DNA of 64,000 nt from Octopus bimaculoides (Eukaryota), in assembly GCF_001194135.2 (NCBI RefSeq), contig NC_069004.1:25180221-25244220 (forward strand). Direction: 5' to 3'. Made by a program: the position numbers and the translations under genes. Positions 37,395 to 51,709 of this stretch are shown piece by piece. The notes under the pieces were generated by a model that saw only the letters and a list, made by a program, of their open reading frames with translations, ran no database searches and was not told the DNA's origin. Position 1 is the stretch's first letter; each line of letters begins with the position of its first letter.

Positions 37395-37859
37395 TAATAA
37401 TAATAATGATAATAATAATAAGGAGAACAGGTACATGCTGAATAATAACATGTATGTGCTACACCGGTTCTCCATTGAAAATCAAATCTAATCTAATAAC
37501 ATCGGTGGGATAGGATAAAGGAAACTTGAAGGAAGCGGCCTTTTAAGGAAAATTATCACAAAAGCGGAATTTTACTGCCATATAAAACACAGTTTCTCCT
37601 ATGCACGATCTCTCAATGAAACATGTGCGAAACAAACACGCGAAATCAACATCGGAAAGTTTACAAATCATAAAATATAAGTGGAACAAATAGTAACTAC
37701 GTAAATAGATTAATTACACATACACTCGACTGTCTACACAATCATATACACATTTTAATACCCATAGGACTACACATACATCCCAAGGTTTACACAACTG
37801 CGTGAAACAGGACACACTTACACGCATATGCAAACACGTGTCACAAAGGAAGCAAAAAA

Positions 37860-40020
37860 CAAAATTTTTATTATTCGAACTAACACTGACAGAGTGAACA
37901 ATTCATAAGTTTAAAAACACCAAAAGTCTATGCCCGGAGATAACTCTACCATTCCCGGAGATAACTCTACCATGCCCGGAGATAAATCTACCAGAAAGAA
38001 AAATACAGACGAATACAGATTTGTTAGTTTTAAGAAGCTACGTTACGAGCGTCACCCGGATCACCAAGGGCTGCGTACTCAAGGGAGGAACCAGATTGGG
38101 TATGAAAAATCAGCTACTGGTTCAAATTTTCTCCAAATACAGTAACTGGAAGTACCCCGCAACCGGAATATTCCAACAGACAGCCATCCATGCTCGTCAT
38201 CAAACAACTAAACCAGAAAGAATGAAAAATGGTCTAGGGGAGATAATGAAGAAGTTCTTACGGCCTTCTACCATGCCAGATATTTCCCCACAAATAAATC
38301 TAATACTGTACAAGCCTACTTAAACTGGAGACAGAATCACCTTGAAGTAAGACCCTACATAGGCAGTAACAAACTTGCTGGCATCAAAAGAAACATTATG
38401 AAAAAGAAATTACTAACTGAATTAGAGATTGACCAAATTAAACAATTAGTAATGGATAAAAGGAACGAAGTTACAGCTAAAGAAGATACTACAGAGGAAA
38501 TAATTATAAACCAGCCCAGGTCTGGTGAACATGCAGTATTGATTGAAAGAGTTAATGTAATTGATAAGCAAAGTGAAGTACTTTCTGGATCAACCATAAA
38601 CACTAAGGTAGCTGAAATTCAAATTGATGAAGAAAATCACACATAAATTGACCCAACTGAATTACATGATCTAAGAAATCAAATCATGATTGGATGGCTG
38701 AAAATTAAAGAAACGAGTGGGAATGAACGTGACACTCACCCAAAAATTCGCAATTCTAATCAAAACTTGAAAGTAATTAGTAAAATCCGCCTTGCACTAA
38801 AGGATATAATTTCAGCTGATGATGTGGATATTACAGATCTCAACCACCTGTACTATGCATCTCAACGATTCTATGTGGGGAAAAGATTAGAAAACGACAA
38901 TATTCCCACAAAAAGCCTACTTGGCAAGAGCGTATTCAACACCAAATCCAGCTACAAAAATCATGCCCCCTCATTGTCAACTTGTACAAATACAAAGCAA
39001 AAGTCAAATATAATAATTATAATATAAGACTATAGAAATACCTACTTCAGAAGCAAGGAAAACTAATACAAATAGCCACAAAACACGATCAAACAAAAGA
39101 CTGTTTTCAGTCTTTAAGGAAGCTGATAAATACGAAAAAAGAGGGCATAGCACCTAACAAGTATGAAAAAAAAGAAGAAACAACAAAAGTTGTAAAACAA
39201 CCGAAATCCAAACTAAAACTGGAACAGCAAAGGATCGTGATAAAATGATGGCAGGAAAGGCCCTTCATGGCAAATCCTGGGTTAAAATAAACAGAAAATA
39301 AATAGACAAAGCAAAATCCCAACAATGGCTGAGATGCTCAGGACTCAAAGCAGAGACTGAAGGACTTTTAATTGCAGCACAAGACCAGAGCCTTCCCACC
39401 AGAAATTACCAAAGACTGGTAATGAAAAGAAAAACAAGTAACTGCAGAATATGTAAAGATGGAGAACAAAATCATATTATAATAAATCTGCCCAGTCCTG
39501 CCTAAGAAAGATTATATCCAGACACGACAGAGTTGGGATCTATATATACAGGAATTTATACCAGCACTATGGAATAACAACAGAAAAAAGATGGTATTGG
39601 CACACGCCAGAAAATGTCACAGAAAATGATAAAGCGACCGTACTTTGGGATATGCCAATACACAGATAGAGAAATCAAAACCAATATGCCGGATATAGTT
39701 GTCAGAGACCACTAAAAAAATGCTTTCTGATCGATTTATCAATACCAATTGATGACAATGTTTCTATGAATAGAGGTAACTCGAATGTGCAGTCTAAAAA
39801 CAGAAACAATTCCTATCATAGTACGCGCATTAGTTATGTATATATAGCATACAGAAAATAGCACTACTAGACACCGCACGCATCCTACGCAAAACAAAAC
39901 ACTTTCAATACAGTAAAAATAAGAGCATCACAACAAACCACAGCACTTACCCAAGGCGCACAAAGCTGCGCTCGATAGTGCAGAGAAATCACGTAATAAA
40001 AATATGACTACTGAATGATG
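37860..40020 (+). mobile_element. R4/Dong-clade non-LTR retrotransposon lacking the RT domain
   Basis: N-terminal WRQNHLEVRPYIGSNKLAGIKRNIMKKKLLTELEIDQIK and KPTWQERIQHQI; C-terminal GKALHGK..GLKAETEGLLIAAQDQSLPTRNY..CRIC..LWDMPIH..PDIVV..LID; (TAA)n tail. Confidence 0.85.
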
Positions 40021-40023
40021 ATG

Positions 40024-40081
<58 letters not shown>

Positions 40082-40100
40082 CAACAACAACAACAACTAT

Positions 40101-40272
<172 letters not shown>

Positions 40273-40274
40273 CA

Positions 40275-40802
40275 GAACGAGTGATGAGGGGTGAAATGGT
40301 ATGGCACATCGTTAACGAATGGCAGAAACCAAATATAAAAGATGCTATGACAATGTGGCAAGAATGATCTATTGGTAGCTCTGTGAACATCATGGCCTAC
40401 AGAGAGCAAAGACGTTGTATGTGCAAATCCCAGAAGAAGTCACCGTGAATGCGAATGTCAAAATTCTGTGGGATGCAATGATCCAGAGCGATCACCTGAC
40501 CTGTGATTGTTGTGGGAAATATAAAAGAAAGAACGTGCATGTTAATCGACAAAGCATGCCCCGGTGACAAGAGGATCGAAGAAGAAGAAGAAGAAGAAGA
40601 AGAAGAAGAAGAAGAAGAAGAAGAAGAAGAAGAAGAAGAAGAAGAAGGGGAAGAAGAAGAAGAAGAAGAAGAAGAAGAAGAAGAAGAAGAAGAAGAAGGA
40701 GAAGAAGAAGAAAAAGAAGAAGAAGAAGAAGAAGAAGAAGAAGAAGCTGAAGAAGAAGAAGGGGAAGAAGAAGAAGAAGGAGAAGAAGCAGGAGAAGAAG
40801 AA

Positions 40803-40834
<32 letters not shown>

Positions 40835-41145
40835 AGAAGAAGAGGAAGAAGAAGAAAAAGAAGAAGAAGAAGAAGAAGAAGAAGAAGAAGAAGAAGAAGA
40901 GTAGACGGAGAGTAGACGTGATACCAATAGTAATTGGTGCACTTGGAAGTATCAGCACTCAACTACCAACATGGCTCAAAAAGATTGGTCCAAATGTAAA
41001 GATAGGACACCTACACAAATCAGTGTTGCCTGGAATTGCTAGAATTCTTCGCAGGGTTCTTTAAGCATGACCAGTAAACAAGAGTCACCTTAGTCTGCTG
41101 GCTGTGGACAGCTGACACTTTCCATCATACCCAGCAAAATAAGCT
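40275..41145 (+). mobile_element. 5'-truncated R4/Dong-type element (restriction-like endonuclease region) interrupted by (GAA)n
   Basis: KERTCMLIDKACPGDKRIEE[GAA tract 40578-40900]RRVDVIPIVIGALGSISTQLPTWLKKIG..ARILRRVL*. Confidence 0.85.
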
Positions 41146-41159
41146 CTTTTATCTCTCTT

Positions 41160-41573
41160 TTTTCTCTTTTACTTGTTTCAGTCATTTGATTGTGGCCATG
41201 CTGGTGCACCGCCTTTAGTCGAGTAAATCGACCCCAGGACTTATTCTTTGGAAGCCTAGTACTTATTCTATCGGTCTCTTTTGCCGAACCGCTAAGTTAC
41301 GGGGACGTAAACACACCAGCATCGGTTGTCAAGCGATGTTGGGGGAGGGGAGAAACACAGACACACAAACATATACACATACATACATATACATATATAC
41401 ACATATATACGACGGGCTTCTTTCAGTTTCCGTCTACCAAATCCACTCACAAGGCTTTGGTCGGCCCGAGGCTATAGTAGAAGACACTTGCCGAAGGTGC
41501 CACGCAGTGGGACTGAACCCGGAACATTGCGGTTGGTAAGCAAGCTAATTACCAGACATCCACTCCTACGCCT
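41160..41573 (-). mobile_element. SINE family A, full length, young
   Basis: Near-identical to 58885-59300. Confidence 0.93.
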
Positions 41574-42959
41574 AAGCTGTGAGTTTTCATCACATAATAA
41601 TAATGATAATAAAAGAAGAAGAAGGAGAAGGAGGAGAAGAAGATCCCTAACCTTAACCAGGAAGAAGAGAAGAGTCTTAAAACAGCAACAATGGCGGCAT
41701 CGTTTATTGCTGTTGTTGCCGCGTCTTTATTTACCATACAGGTCACTGAAAATAGAACTTTGCGTTAATGTAAAAACAAGAGACGCGCGCGCGCAAGCAC
41801 AAAGTTGGGGAGAAAAAGAATTTTTTAATAATCATTAAACGTAAGTGTCTTGATTTGTTTTAAATATCGATTATATGAAAAAAAAAAAGAAAATTACTGT
41901 AAAATGCACATTAGTAAATGGATCGATAAAAGAATAGTAAAATCGAAGATTGATATATACAACATATCGGGTCAGCCTGAAACTTCCTTTGTAATCATCC
42001 AACACTCATGGATAATAATTTTTCTTCGCTAATGGTGAGCTTTATTGAAGCTCCAGAATATTCCTGAAATTGATCAGATTAATGATGAAATCCCTCCCAA
42101 CCGTGACCATCTCATCTTAATTTAGAAAATGTGTAAGTTTTGCCTCAGCCTACTTGCTTTCCTCACCTTCCTCCATCTGACTTTCATCTTTTTAGAGCAT
42201 TTCAACAGTATTTAGAGGGAGAACACTCTATTAATCGTGAAGAGGTTAAATTGTTATTTAGTATTTCTTTTATGCTGAAGAATTAATTTGCCAAATGGAC
42301 GGAGTTATGTTATCAATAATGAAGGGAAATATTGTCTTGTTCAAACGTATCATTTAAAGCCGAAGAAGGTTCTGTTCCTTTCCCATTTTGAAATTCGACA
42401 GGATTTACTTTCCAACAAAATATTTAAAAAATTAACTTTATTTGATCCAACGGAAAAGGTACTACGTGGTCCCTTAATATGTTAGAAATATCCATGAAAT
42501 CTCACTCAAATCACATCTAGAAGTCTTAAAGAATTTACCTTATAAAAAGGGGAAGTAGCGCGAAGTATTCGTCAATTTGATGTTACTGGGCTATATTTTG
42601 CCACAATGAGTCACGCTCAAAGACTGGTGGGTGCCATTTGAGGATCATCTAGCTGTTGATTCTCAAAGTTTGAGAAATCACACCGGGACCTCTCTCCTTG
42701 GAGTATTTAAACTAGTAAAATGCTCTGAGGTAAATTCAAATTGAAAATAGATTACGATACTATAGAATATAGTATTTAATATACTATATTAGTAAATTAA
42801 TATATTTAGTATAGTTAATATATATGAAAGCAGGAAAGGTTAGAGAGCCATGGATGGAGCGCTCTTGATCCTTCAAAGGTCAGCTGCTCAGAGGGCTAAA
42901 CGGAAACGAGACAATAATAATAAAAAAAAAACAAGGAAACAAATCAAGAAAGGCTAAGT

Positions 42960-43180
42960 AATATTGGTTTCAAATTTCGGCACAAGACCCGTAATTTCGT
43001 GGTGGAGGGGTAAGTCGATTAAACCGGCCCCTGTATTCAACTGGTACTTATTTTATCGACCCCGAAAGGATGAGCGGCAAAGTCGACCCCGACGGCATTT
43101 GAATTCAGGACATAAAGACGGGCAAAATGCCGCTTAACATTTTAGCCATCGCGCTAACGATTCTGCCATCTCGCCGCCAA
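42960..43180 (-). mobile_element. SINE family B, full length
   Basis: TGGTTTCAAATTTCGGCACAAG..CGCTAACGATTCTGCCATCTCGCCGCC. Confidence 0.9.
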
Positions 43181-46100
43181 AGTTAAAGAATGTTGACAAG
43201 TTTCAGCAGTATCAAAGTAAATGTGTTCCTAGGTCATTAGATAGAAGAGGTTTTGTAAATGAAGCAGCAATGGTAAAAATGAAAGACAGAGAGAGTGAAA
43301 TAGTAGAGAGTAAGAGAAAGACAGGAAGAGAGAGAGAGAAAGTGAGGAAACAATATTCAGTAGATAAGGAAGCAATTATAGAGAACAACACAGACTGGAA
43401 ATGTTTCCGATGATGAAATGAACACAACCTACTTAAGAAGAAAGAAAGAAAGAAAGTATGAGAAGTTATAACAGCACAGGATCTATAATGTGTACGTGTA
43501 CTTATCTGCATATGTGAGCAGTTGTCCGTATATACATTCACATATGTATATATGTCTATATATATGCACGTATACATATGTATATATGCATATGTGTGTG
43601 TCTGTGCGCGTGTGTATGTGCATGTATGTATTTGTGTATGTATATATATATATATATATATATAGTATATTACATACATATATTTATACGTTTATATATA
43701 CATAGATAGACAGATATATACGTATGCACGTGAGCTTGTGTGTGTTTGTATACGCATGTCTATGCACGTGCGTATATGTGTGCGCGTGAAAGAAATACAC
43801 TTGGTGAAAAAAAAAGAATTCAACAACAGGTAAGATTAAATCTGCGAACGCGGCTTAACTGTTCAGATCTAAAAGTCAAGAAAAACGAGAAGCTTTGTCG
43901 ACGTCATTGCTGTTACACGAGATGAGATGAGATGTGATCCACCCACGAGGAATTATCCGAAAATAAACGTATGTAACCAAGTAGAAGAAATCAAATCTAG
44001 AACGGGCTGTAAGTAGCAAGGAAGCATCTTACAGTTTTGTGTCAGATAAACTACTCGGAGTTAAATTGCAATATATTTATATACATGCAGACATTGATGT
44101 ACACATGTGATAAAACTGCTAAGCATGATAAGGTAGCTTTATTCATTATATAAGTTAAAAACACATATATTGAAAGAAATATAGGAAGCATTACGAACTA
44201 TCTAAGCGCAGTCAACTGAAAATGAATAAACCATAATATTCTCATCATATTATTTAGAGATTTCGGTGCAAAATGATAATTTAAAGTTAAATCAAACGAC
44301 CCAGACATCGGCATTAAGGATTAAAGTAAGACAATATACAGGAGCAGGCATGGGTCTGTGGTTTAAGAAGCACGCCTTGCAACTGCCTGGTTTCGGGTTC
44401 AGTTCCACTACGCGACACATTGGGGGAAACAAACCAAAAAAAAAAAACCACTCCTCCCTTTTGGGTGGGGAACGATATAATGGAATCCAATGCATCCCAC
44501 GGTGCAGAAGAAACCTCATCAGGTTATAAAATATTATATATGTACTTTTCGCTACTGCCTGTGGCAAGACGTTGTTGGTATGATGCGTGTGTTTATAGTA
44601 GTTCACAGATCGATTAATGAGGCAGGATGTTTCGTATATATTCGGGGAGTGGCAGGTAAAGAATGCAAAGAATCAAATACAAAGAATAAATGGGTCGGTC
44701 AATGTGGTTTTTGAATGAAAAACGCTTTAAGACTGTAGAGTTTTTATTGGTTGATCATGACTAACGGTAATAATCCCAAAACTATTTATCTATGTTACAT
44801 AAGACTATATATAGTCGATATTTCATCTTCGTATATCAATTCCAGTTTGTTTCTTATTTCTTATTTGCATTTGTTAAATTTAAAAACCCTGATACTTACC
44901 GTTATGCTATAGCAAAGGGAAGAAGCATCTTTATTGCTTCATTTTTAACAATTGATATTTCTTTCTCAATTCTTAAACAAACTGCACAAATTCCATCAGT
45001 TTATAGAATTTATAATTGCCACATCATTTCCAAATTCATAAACTGTCCTTGAAAGTTATAAATATTGACAAAACTCTCATATAAAGCGTTAACGTTAAAA
45101 CGAAATGGAATTCTCACCCAATTGTATCCCTCTGTATTTTCTGTATCTAATGTGGTGTTTGTATTCTGTGATAAATTCTCTAGATGCTTCAAGACAATAT
45201 TCTTTCCGTCATTAATACAGTTAACGTAATCTTCTTTCAGAAGATTGAATGCAAAAAACGATGCAGTTTCTGCTTGCTCTACTTTGCCTTTCTACAATTT
45301 CAGCTTTTATTTTCTCCATTCAGCCAATAATTATTCGATTGCTGCCTTGTTGTGATATATTTAGGTCATTGAATTCGGAAGAAAAAAACACTATAAGATA
45401 TGATAAGCCCATTGAAGCATTCACTTGGAATAAATAAAAAAATATATTGAAACTAAAAGACGATTTTTCTTCCTTCCGTTTATTTCAAGATAAAAATATG
45501 TGCCTACTTCACTTCGTAGTGTCATATATTCCTCAAGAAATTTTCCGCAAGATAACCATTGACACCAGAGTAATATAGTGAAGATTTATATTCAGAACTC
45601 TTTGAAGAACAATAATCACGGAAGGATTTGTTAAAAAGAGGTTCTGATATCATGCAATTATTTGAACAATATAATACGTTATTAAGACTAATTCCAGTGA
45701 TATACGATTTTCTCTATATAAAAAGAAATGGAAAGCATATATATGGAAAGCATTAACCTCTTTAATTATAACTCGGGAGAGTCACTATGCTAGTAATTGA
45801 CACACGTACTGGTTCTATTTCACTTCTTTTTATTATCATTAGTCAATTTGTTAAATATTTACTCAATGAACTAATCATCAGTCAACCCATCAATTGGTTA
45901 CGTTTCTGAAAGATTTCTTGTCAACGTCAATCAAGATGATGTCGCGAATCAAGCAATTGATTAGTAAACTAGGTAAGCGATTGACTTGTTAACTAGTAAT
46001 AATAAAGAAGTGCAATAGAAGTAGTGTGTGTGTTTATTGGTGGCATAATGGCCCTCCCCGGATAAAACAGAAGCTGTTTCAACGCACGGGTTCACATCAA

Positions 46101-47837
46101 GAATTTTACGCAAAATCTTGACGAAGTCGAAGCACTACTAGTGCACTACAATATGAACACTGAAAAGTTATTACTGTTTAATCGTTCTGTATATATATAT
46201 ATATATTAGTGTAATTTTTTTATTATAAAAAAATAAAAAGAAGGTAAAAAAAAAACACTATTATAATGAAAATTGTGACTACTTAAACAAAAACCTAAAT
46301 AGGACAAGAAATGTCAAAAGGGTAGAAATTGAGAAACGGTAATATTCATAACAATTCTGTAAAACATACAGCCCATGTATAAAGGTAATTAACCTCCAAA
46401 GAAATTACTCAAAAAAGAAATACTATGAAAATAGTATAGTATAGTTCATAATACTATTTGCAGACAAATTAGAACCAATACAGTGAAATTATTTTACAAA
46501 GCTGTCTGTAAACATTTTTCAGAGGAAAAGAAATATCACAAAATAATAAACTCACACAAATTAGGGGTTGCTTTCTGTGTTTCAAAATACATTGCACAAA
46601 TTATATCTGCACAAAATTCTTAAAAAATTAAATGATTTCTATAATAAGAGTAAGGAAAATAGAAATTGTTTAATTAATGACCAAAATGACAAGGTTCATA
46701 GCGATAGTATAAAACAGATAACACGCGAAAGAAAGGAAGTAACCCTTAGAGAAAAATAAACGTAATAATAATGAGAAAAATGATTATAGAAACAATAATG
46801 AAAATGATTTAGATATAGTAGCAACAACGAACATAAAATGAGTGGCAATTAAGATAGATAAGAAAAGGAAAGAAGAAGAAAATGATTCATTAGTTAAAAC
46901 TCATAACACAAGAAATAAACGTAACGGAATTAACCCTCAAAAGGGAAAAAATAGGCTCAGCATTATTAATAAGGAAACAGCAAACGATCCTGGAAATAAA
47001 ACCTGTGACTGTGCCAATAAAAATTATATAAGTCTATGAGACCAAAAGTACGATTTCTAGTGTTTAATGCAGAAAACAAATTGAATAAAATGTCTCCTTT
47101 CGTGATCGTTTTGCTGGGCAATCACTTATATAACATCTGCGTCTATTTTCACACAAACCGACTGATATAGTTGACCACTAAATCCGCCTCCGTTTGCTTT
47201 TACGATGGAAATTACTTCCTCTTCAAAATCTCGCGAAGTATCACTGATAAAGCTGCGGGCTGTATCATTTAACGAAAGAGCCCCCGCTATAACTTTTTAT
47301 TATTATTATTATCATCTCTTAGTAGCATCTTGAAATATGAATCATATCTACAGATGCTGGTTTTGAAAGGTTCTCACCAATTCTATTTTGCAATACGCCA
47401 AGGAATAGTATATGATATAGTGTAGGCTCTTTTCTTGTCTCTTCGTTTGAACAGAGAAAATATAGTTCTATTATTTTATATTATTATATTAATACAATAG
47501 AAAATATAGTTCTGTTGCATTATAAATATATTAGAAAAATATAGATCTATTGTATTATAAAAGAGAAAATATATTTCTGTTGTGTGACAAACCATATTAG
47601 AAAATATATCCTATTCTGTTATGAAATATATTGTATTATAAAACGTAGGAAATATAGTATTATTGTAACAAACAAGTGAAACTGCGCATTCATTGCCTTT
47701 TATTAGCTTGTTCTTTTGACAAAATATGATTTTCTTTTCAACAAAATCTTTATGTTCGTCTCCAAATGCCTTTCAAGTTATTGTTCTTTAACACGTCTTC
47801 AAATATCTATTAAAATTGTTGTTATTAAATTAAGACA

Positions 47838-48345
47838 TTGAGCTGGCCGAATCGTTAGCACACCGGGCAAAATGTTTACCGGCATTACGTACGTCTTTAC
47901 GTTCTGGGCTCAAATTCCGCCAAGATCGATTTTAGCATTTCATCCTTTTGTGGGGTCGGTAGAATAAGTACCAGTTGAGCACAGAATTTAATTGAACTAA
48001 CTTAACCCCGCCCCTGAAATTGCTGGCCTTTCTCCAAACTTTGAAACCAAATTTATTTCTATTAATAACGATACATCAGTGAACAATTCACAATACTTCA
48101 CATACCGCGGTTTACTCCTTTTAATGTGTAATAGTGGTTTCACATTTTGGTACACAGCCAACAATTTATGGGTGAGTGTATATGTTAATTGCATCAACTC
48201 CAGTGCTCAACTGGTACTTATTTTATCGACCACATAAAATGATGAAAGCAGAGTCGACCTCAGAATAGATAGAGTATAGAGACGACAAAATGCTGCTAAG
48301 TATTTGACCCGGCGCAGTAACGATTTGGCCAGCTTGCCGCCCTGC
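47838..48345. mobile_element. Two SINE B copies, tail-to-tail inverted
   Basis: Plus copy 47838-48052, minus copy 48130-48345. Confidence 0.85.
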
Positions 48346-49344
48346 TATTTGATGTGTAATACTAATATATACTAAATCCAAACTCAAAGCATTATTTTTC
48401 TGTTATAGTCAGTTCTTTTTTATCATGAGTGATAACAATTAACAGTTGTAAATAATTATAGATCGATTACTTAATATAAACATCATAGAAACAATATATA
48501 AGTTAGATATGGGTAGCGCAGAATAAGTAATTTCTGACCTCTTGTATTTTTCGTTTTACTTGCTTCAGACGACTACATTGCAAGCATTGTGTCATCATTC
48601 ATTTCAAACAGCTTGCATCATCTTTGAGAGATAAAATTGATTAGCATAGTTGTTGTAGTTGTTGAGGTTGAGACATTTTGAAACATAGTCATGTGACAGG
48701 TATTTTTTCCAAGAAATTTTTCGTAAAAGTTGTTGCTGGTAAAATATCTGGATAATTTTTGGTGTTTAACAATAAAAGTTTTTTTCTCTGTTGGATTCCA
48801 AGTCAATTTTTTTCCTACACTAATATCTAATTTGATAATATTAAATTTTCAAAAAATATCTGAAGTGGGAAAAATGCGTAATGACAAATTTTAATAAATT
48901 CTTTTCTCTAACTGTATGGTACGTAAACATATCATGAAGAGGGGCACTCCAGCAGATCATGAAAAAGCTATAGAGAAGATTATATGTTGAGTTTTTAGAT
49001 TTAGTCTAGTTTCGTTAATTTCATATCGAGTGCCATTTTTCCATGATAATCTTTCATTTGACATAGCTATTTAAAATTTTTGTAGCATTTCTGACCTTCA
49101 TGATGGTTAAAGATGGATATTAATGTGTATAAGTCTTTTCTCAAATGTAGTTCTGGGGAATTGAACGGGAAAATTTACCTTCTCTTCTCTTAGTCATTTT
49201 ACCCCGGCTAAATTTGTCTTTTATGCGCACAAAGAGAACGGAGTTAATTTCCGGAAATAATGTTCTAAATGTGTTAGAGTGTTTTTGCTGCATTTAGAGA
49301 AGGTCATTTGGTTAACTGATATAGTTTTTGTAAGGTACACTTTT

Positions 49345-49765
49345 ACTCTTTTACTTGTTTCAGTCATTTGATTGTGGCCATGCTGGAGCACCGCGTTTTT
49401 AGTCGAGCAAATTGACCCCAGGACTTATTCTTTGGAAGCCTAGTACTTAATCTATCGGTGCCTTTTGCCGAACCGCTAAGTTACGGTGACGTGAACACAC
49501 CAGCATCGGTTGTCAAGCGATGTTGGGGGACAAACACAGACACACAAACATGCACACACACGCACACCTACATACACACATGTACATATACATATATACG
49601 ATGGGCTTCCTTTCAGTTTCCGTCTACCAAATCCACTTACAAGGCTTTGGTAGGCCCGAGGCTATAGTAGAAGACATTTGACCAAGGTGCCACGCAGTGG
49701 AAACGAACTCAGAACTATGTGGTTAGTAGGCAAGCTACTTGCCACACAGCCTCTCCTACGCCTAA
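49345..49765 (-). mobile_element. SINE family A
   Basis: Matches the other A copies. Confidence 0.92.
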
Positions 49766-49789
49766 AGGCGAACATTTATAAAAAAATAT

Positions 49790-50416
49790 TATCACCCTTT
49801 TATCATCTTCCAAGCATTCTCTATTTGAAGCAATGCATCGGTCCAGACGCGTTTGCCGCTGTTGGAAGCAAAGCTAGAACTCTTGCGAAGTGATGACTTT
49901 TAATGTCTCCGTCGTTTTTCTGCAACTTTTATTCACAATTTCTCGCTCAAAATTCGATGGCAGGAGCTCCAGGATGCACCAGTCATATCAACAAGTTTGT
50001 CAGTTGTTCGGTGACGGTCCTCCAATATCAGTTCATGAATTTTCGTGATGTTTTCATTCGTTCGGGCGGTCGACGGTCGTCGTGAACGAGGTTGGAGCTC
50101 AAGCGACAAGTGACAATCCCTAAAGCGGGAAAATCACACGTAAACGTGTGTTTTGCTCATGGCAGTTGTCTTGTAAGCGGTTTGCAGTAAGACAACTGTT
50201 TCGGGCGGTGTTTTCCCCCAGCAGAAAACAGAATTTCACGGAAGCACGCTGTTCCTTCGTTTCAGGCATTGCAAAAATCGACGAAGAGGGGAGAAGTACT
50301 GCAAAACGAAGACGCTACACTTGGTAGTATGATACCATGAAATAATGTCTGAGGGACTTCTAGTGGTGGAAGCCTGAACTACGACGGGCTTGTCCGATAG
50401 TCGAGAGATTACTGTA
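49790..50416 (-). mobile_element. Internally deleted mariner
   Basis: EQRASVKFCFLLG..QTAYKTTAMSKTHVYV*FSRF..PRSRRPSTARTNENI..CHRILSEKL joined to C-terminal ..RLDRCIASNRECLEDD. Confidence 0.8.
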
Positions 50417-50929
50417 TATATACATATACTAACGCATACATACATACATACATACATACATACATACATACATACATGCATGCATGCATACACGCGCATA
50501 TACAATTATATGCGTGTGTATGCAAAAGAGTGCTGGAGACTTTGTGATTGAATAAACTTTTTCAAAGCCTTTCGAAGAGTTACTTTAGCATGGCCGCGCA
50601 TGAAAGACTGGGTCCATTAAGAAATAAGCGAATAAAAGAACACATCTAAATTCGTTGGTTTCTTTCCATTAAAATGAATTCAATCCTCCGCAGAAAGCCG
50701 CTTAACTACATGTTTAATTTTCACTGATTCTGCTCACTCGGACTTAACGACTCGTCTTTTATATACACGAGCACAGCATCTGATTTGACTTTCGTTTCAT
50801 TTAACATTAAGCCAACTTATAATCACTAGACTGATATTAGACTGAAAATCCATGTTTAATGTGCGTGTTTAATGGGTGCGTGTGTGTATGTGTGAGTGTG
50901 TGCATGTGTGTGCGTGTATTGTGTTATTT

Positions 50930-51153
50930 CTTTACTACCCACAGGGGGCTACACACAGATGGGACAAACAAGGTCAGACAAATGGATTAAGTCGACTATA
51001 TCGACCCCAGTGCGTAACTGGTACTTATTTAATCGACCCCAAAATGATGAAAGGCAAAGTCGACCTCGGCGGAATTTGAACTCAGAACGTAGCGGCAGAC
51101 GAAATACCGCTAAGCATTTCGCCCGGCGTGCTAACGATTCTGCCAGCTCGCCG
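50930..51153 (-). mobile_element. SINE family B
   Basis: ATGAAAGGCAAAGTCGACCTCGGCGGAATTTGAACTCAGAACGT..GCTAACGATTCTGCCAGCTCGCC. Confidence 0.9.
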
Positions 51154-51168
51154 TGTGTGTATTGGTGT

Positions 51169-51263
<95 letters not shown>

Positions 51264-51269
51264 AGATAC

Positions 51270-51607
51270 ATAGCGCGTTGTTCAGTGGTTAGAGCATCGG
51301 GCTCACAATCAGGAAGTAGTGAGTTTGATTCCTGGACCGGGCTGTGTGTTGCGTTCTCGAGCAAGACACTTTATTTCACGTGGCGGCTACAGTTCACTCA
51401 GCTGTAGGAATAAGCTGCAATGTCACTGGTCCCAAGCTGTATCGGTCTATTCCTTCCCTTTGGATAACATTGGTGGCGTGGAGAGAGGAGAATGGTATGC
51501 ATGGGCAACTGCTGGTCTTCTACAAACAACCTTGCCCGGACTTGTACCTTGTGGGAGAAATTTTCTAGCTGCAATCCCATGCTCATTCATGGCCGAAGGG
51601 GGTCCTT
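51270..51607 (+). mobile_element. SINE family C2
   Basis: Matches 35945-36345. Confidence 0.85.
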
Positions 51608-51709
51608 ATCCTTTTTTTAAATTTATACTTCGTAATATTTTAGTAAGTACAATTTTACGCACACATACATGCGCGAGCGCATACACAAACAAACATATAT
51701 ATACATTAT

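Noticed and set aside
37422-37473. Hairpin upstream of the R4-like element as an HDV-like ribozyme
   Set aside because: GGAGAAC/GTTCTCC pairs, but I could not place P1.1, P2, P3 or the catalytic C
43820-43840. CAG|GTAAGA splice donor
   Set aside because: No convincing acceptor or coding exon upstream; expected by chance in 64 kb
44700-45450. Possible LINE ORF1 remnant on the minus strand
   Set aside because: Only a vague RxxRN-IVF-like motif across frameshifts; too weak to call
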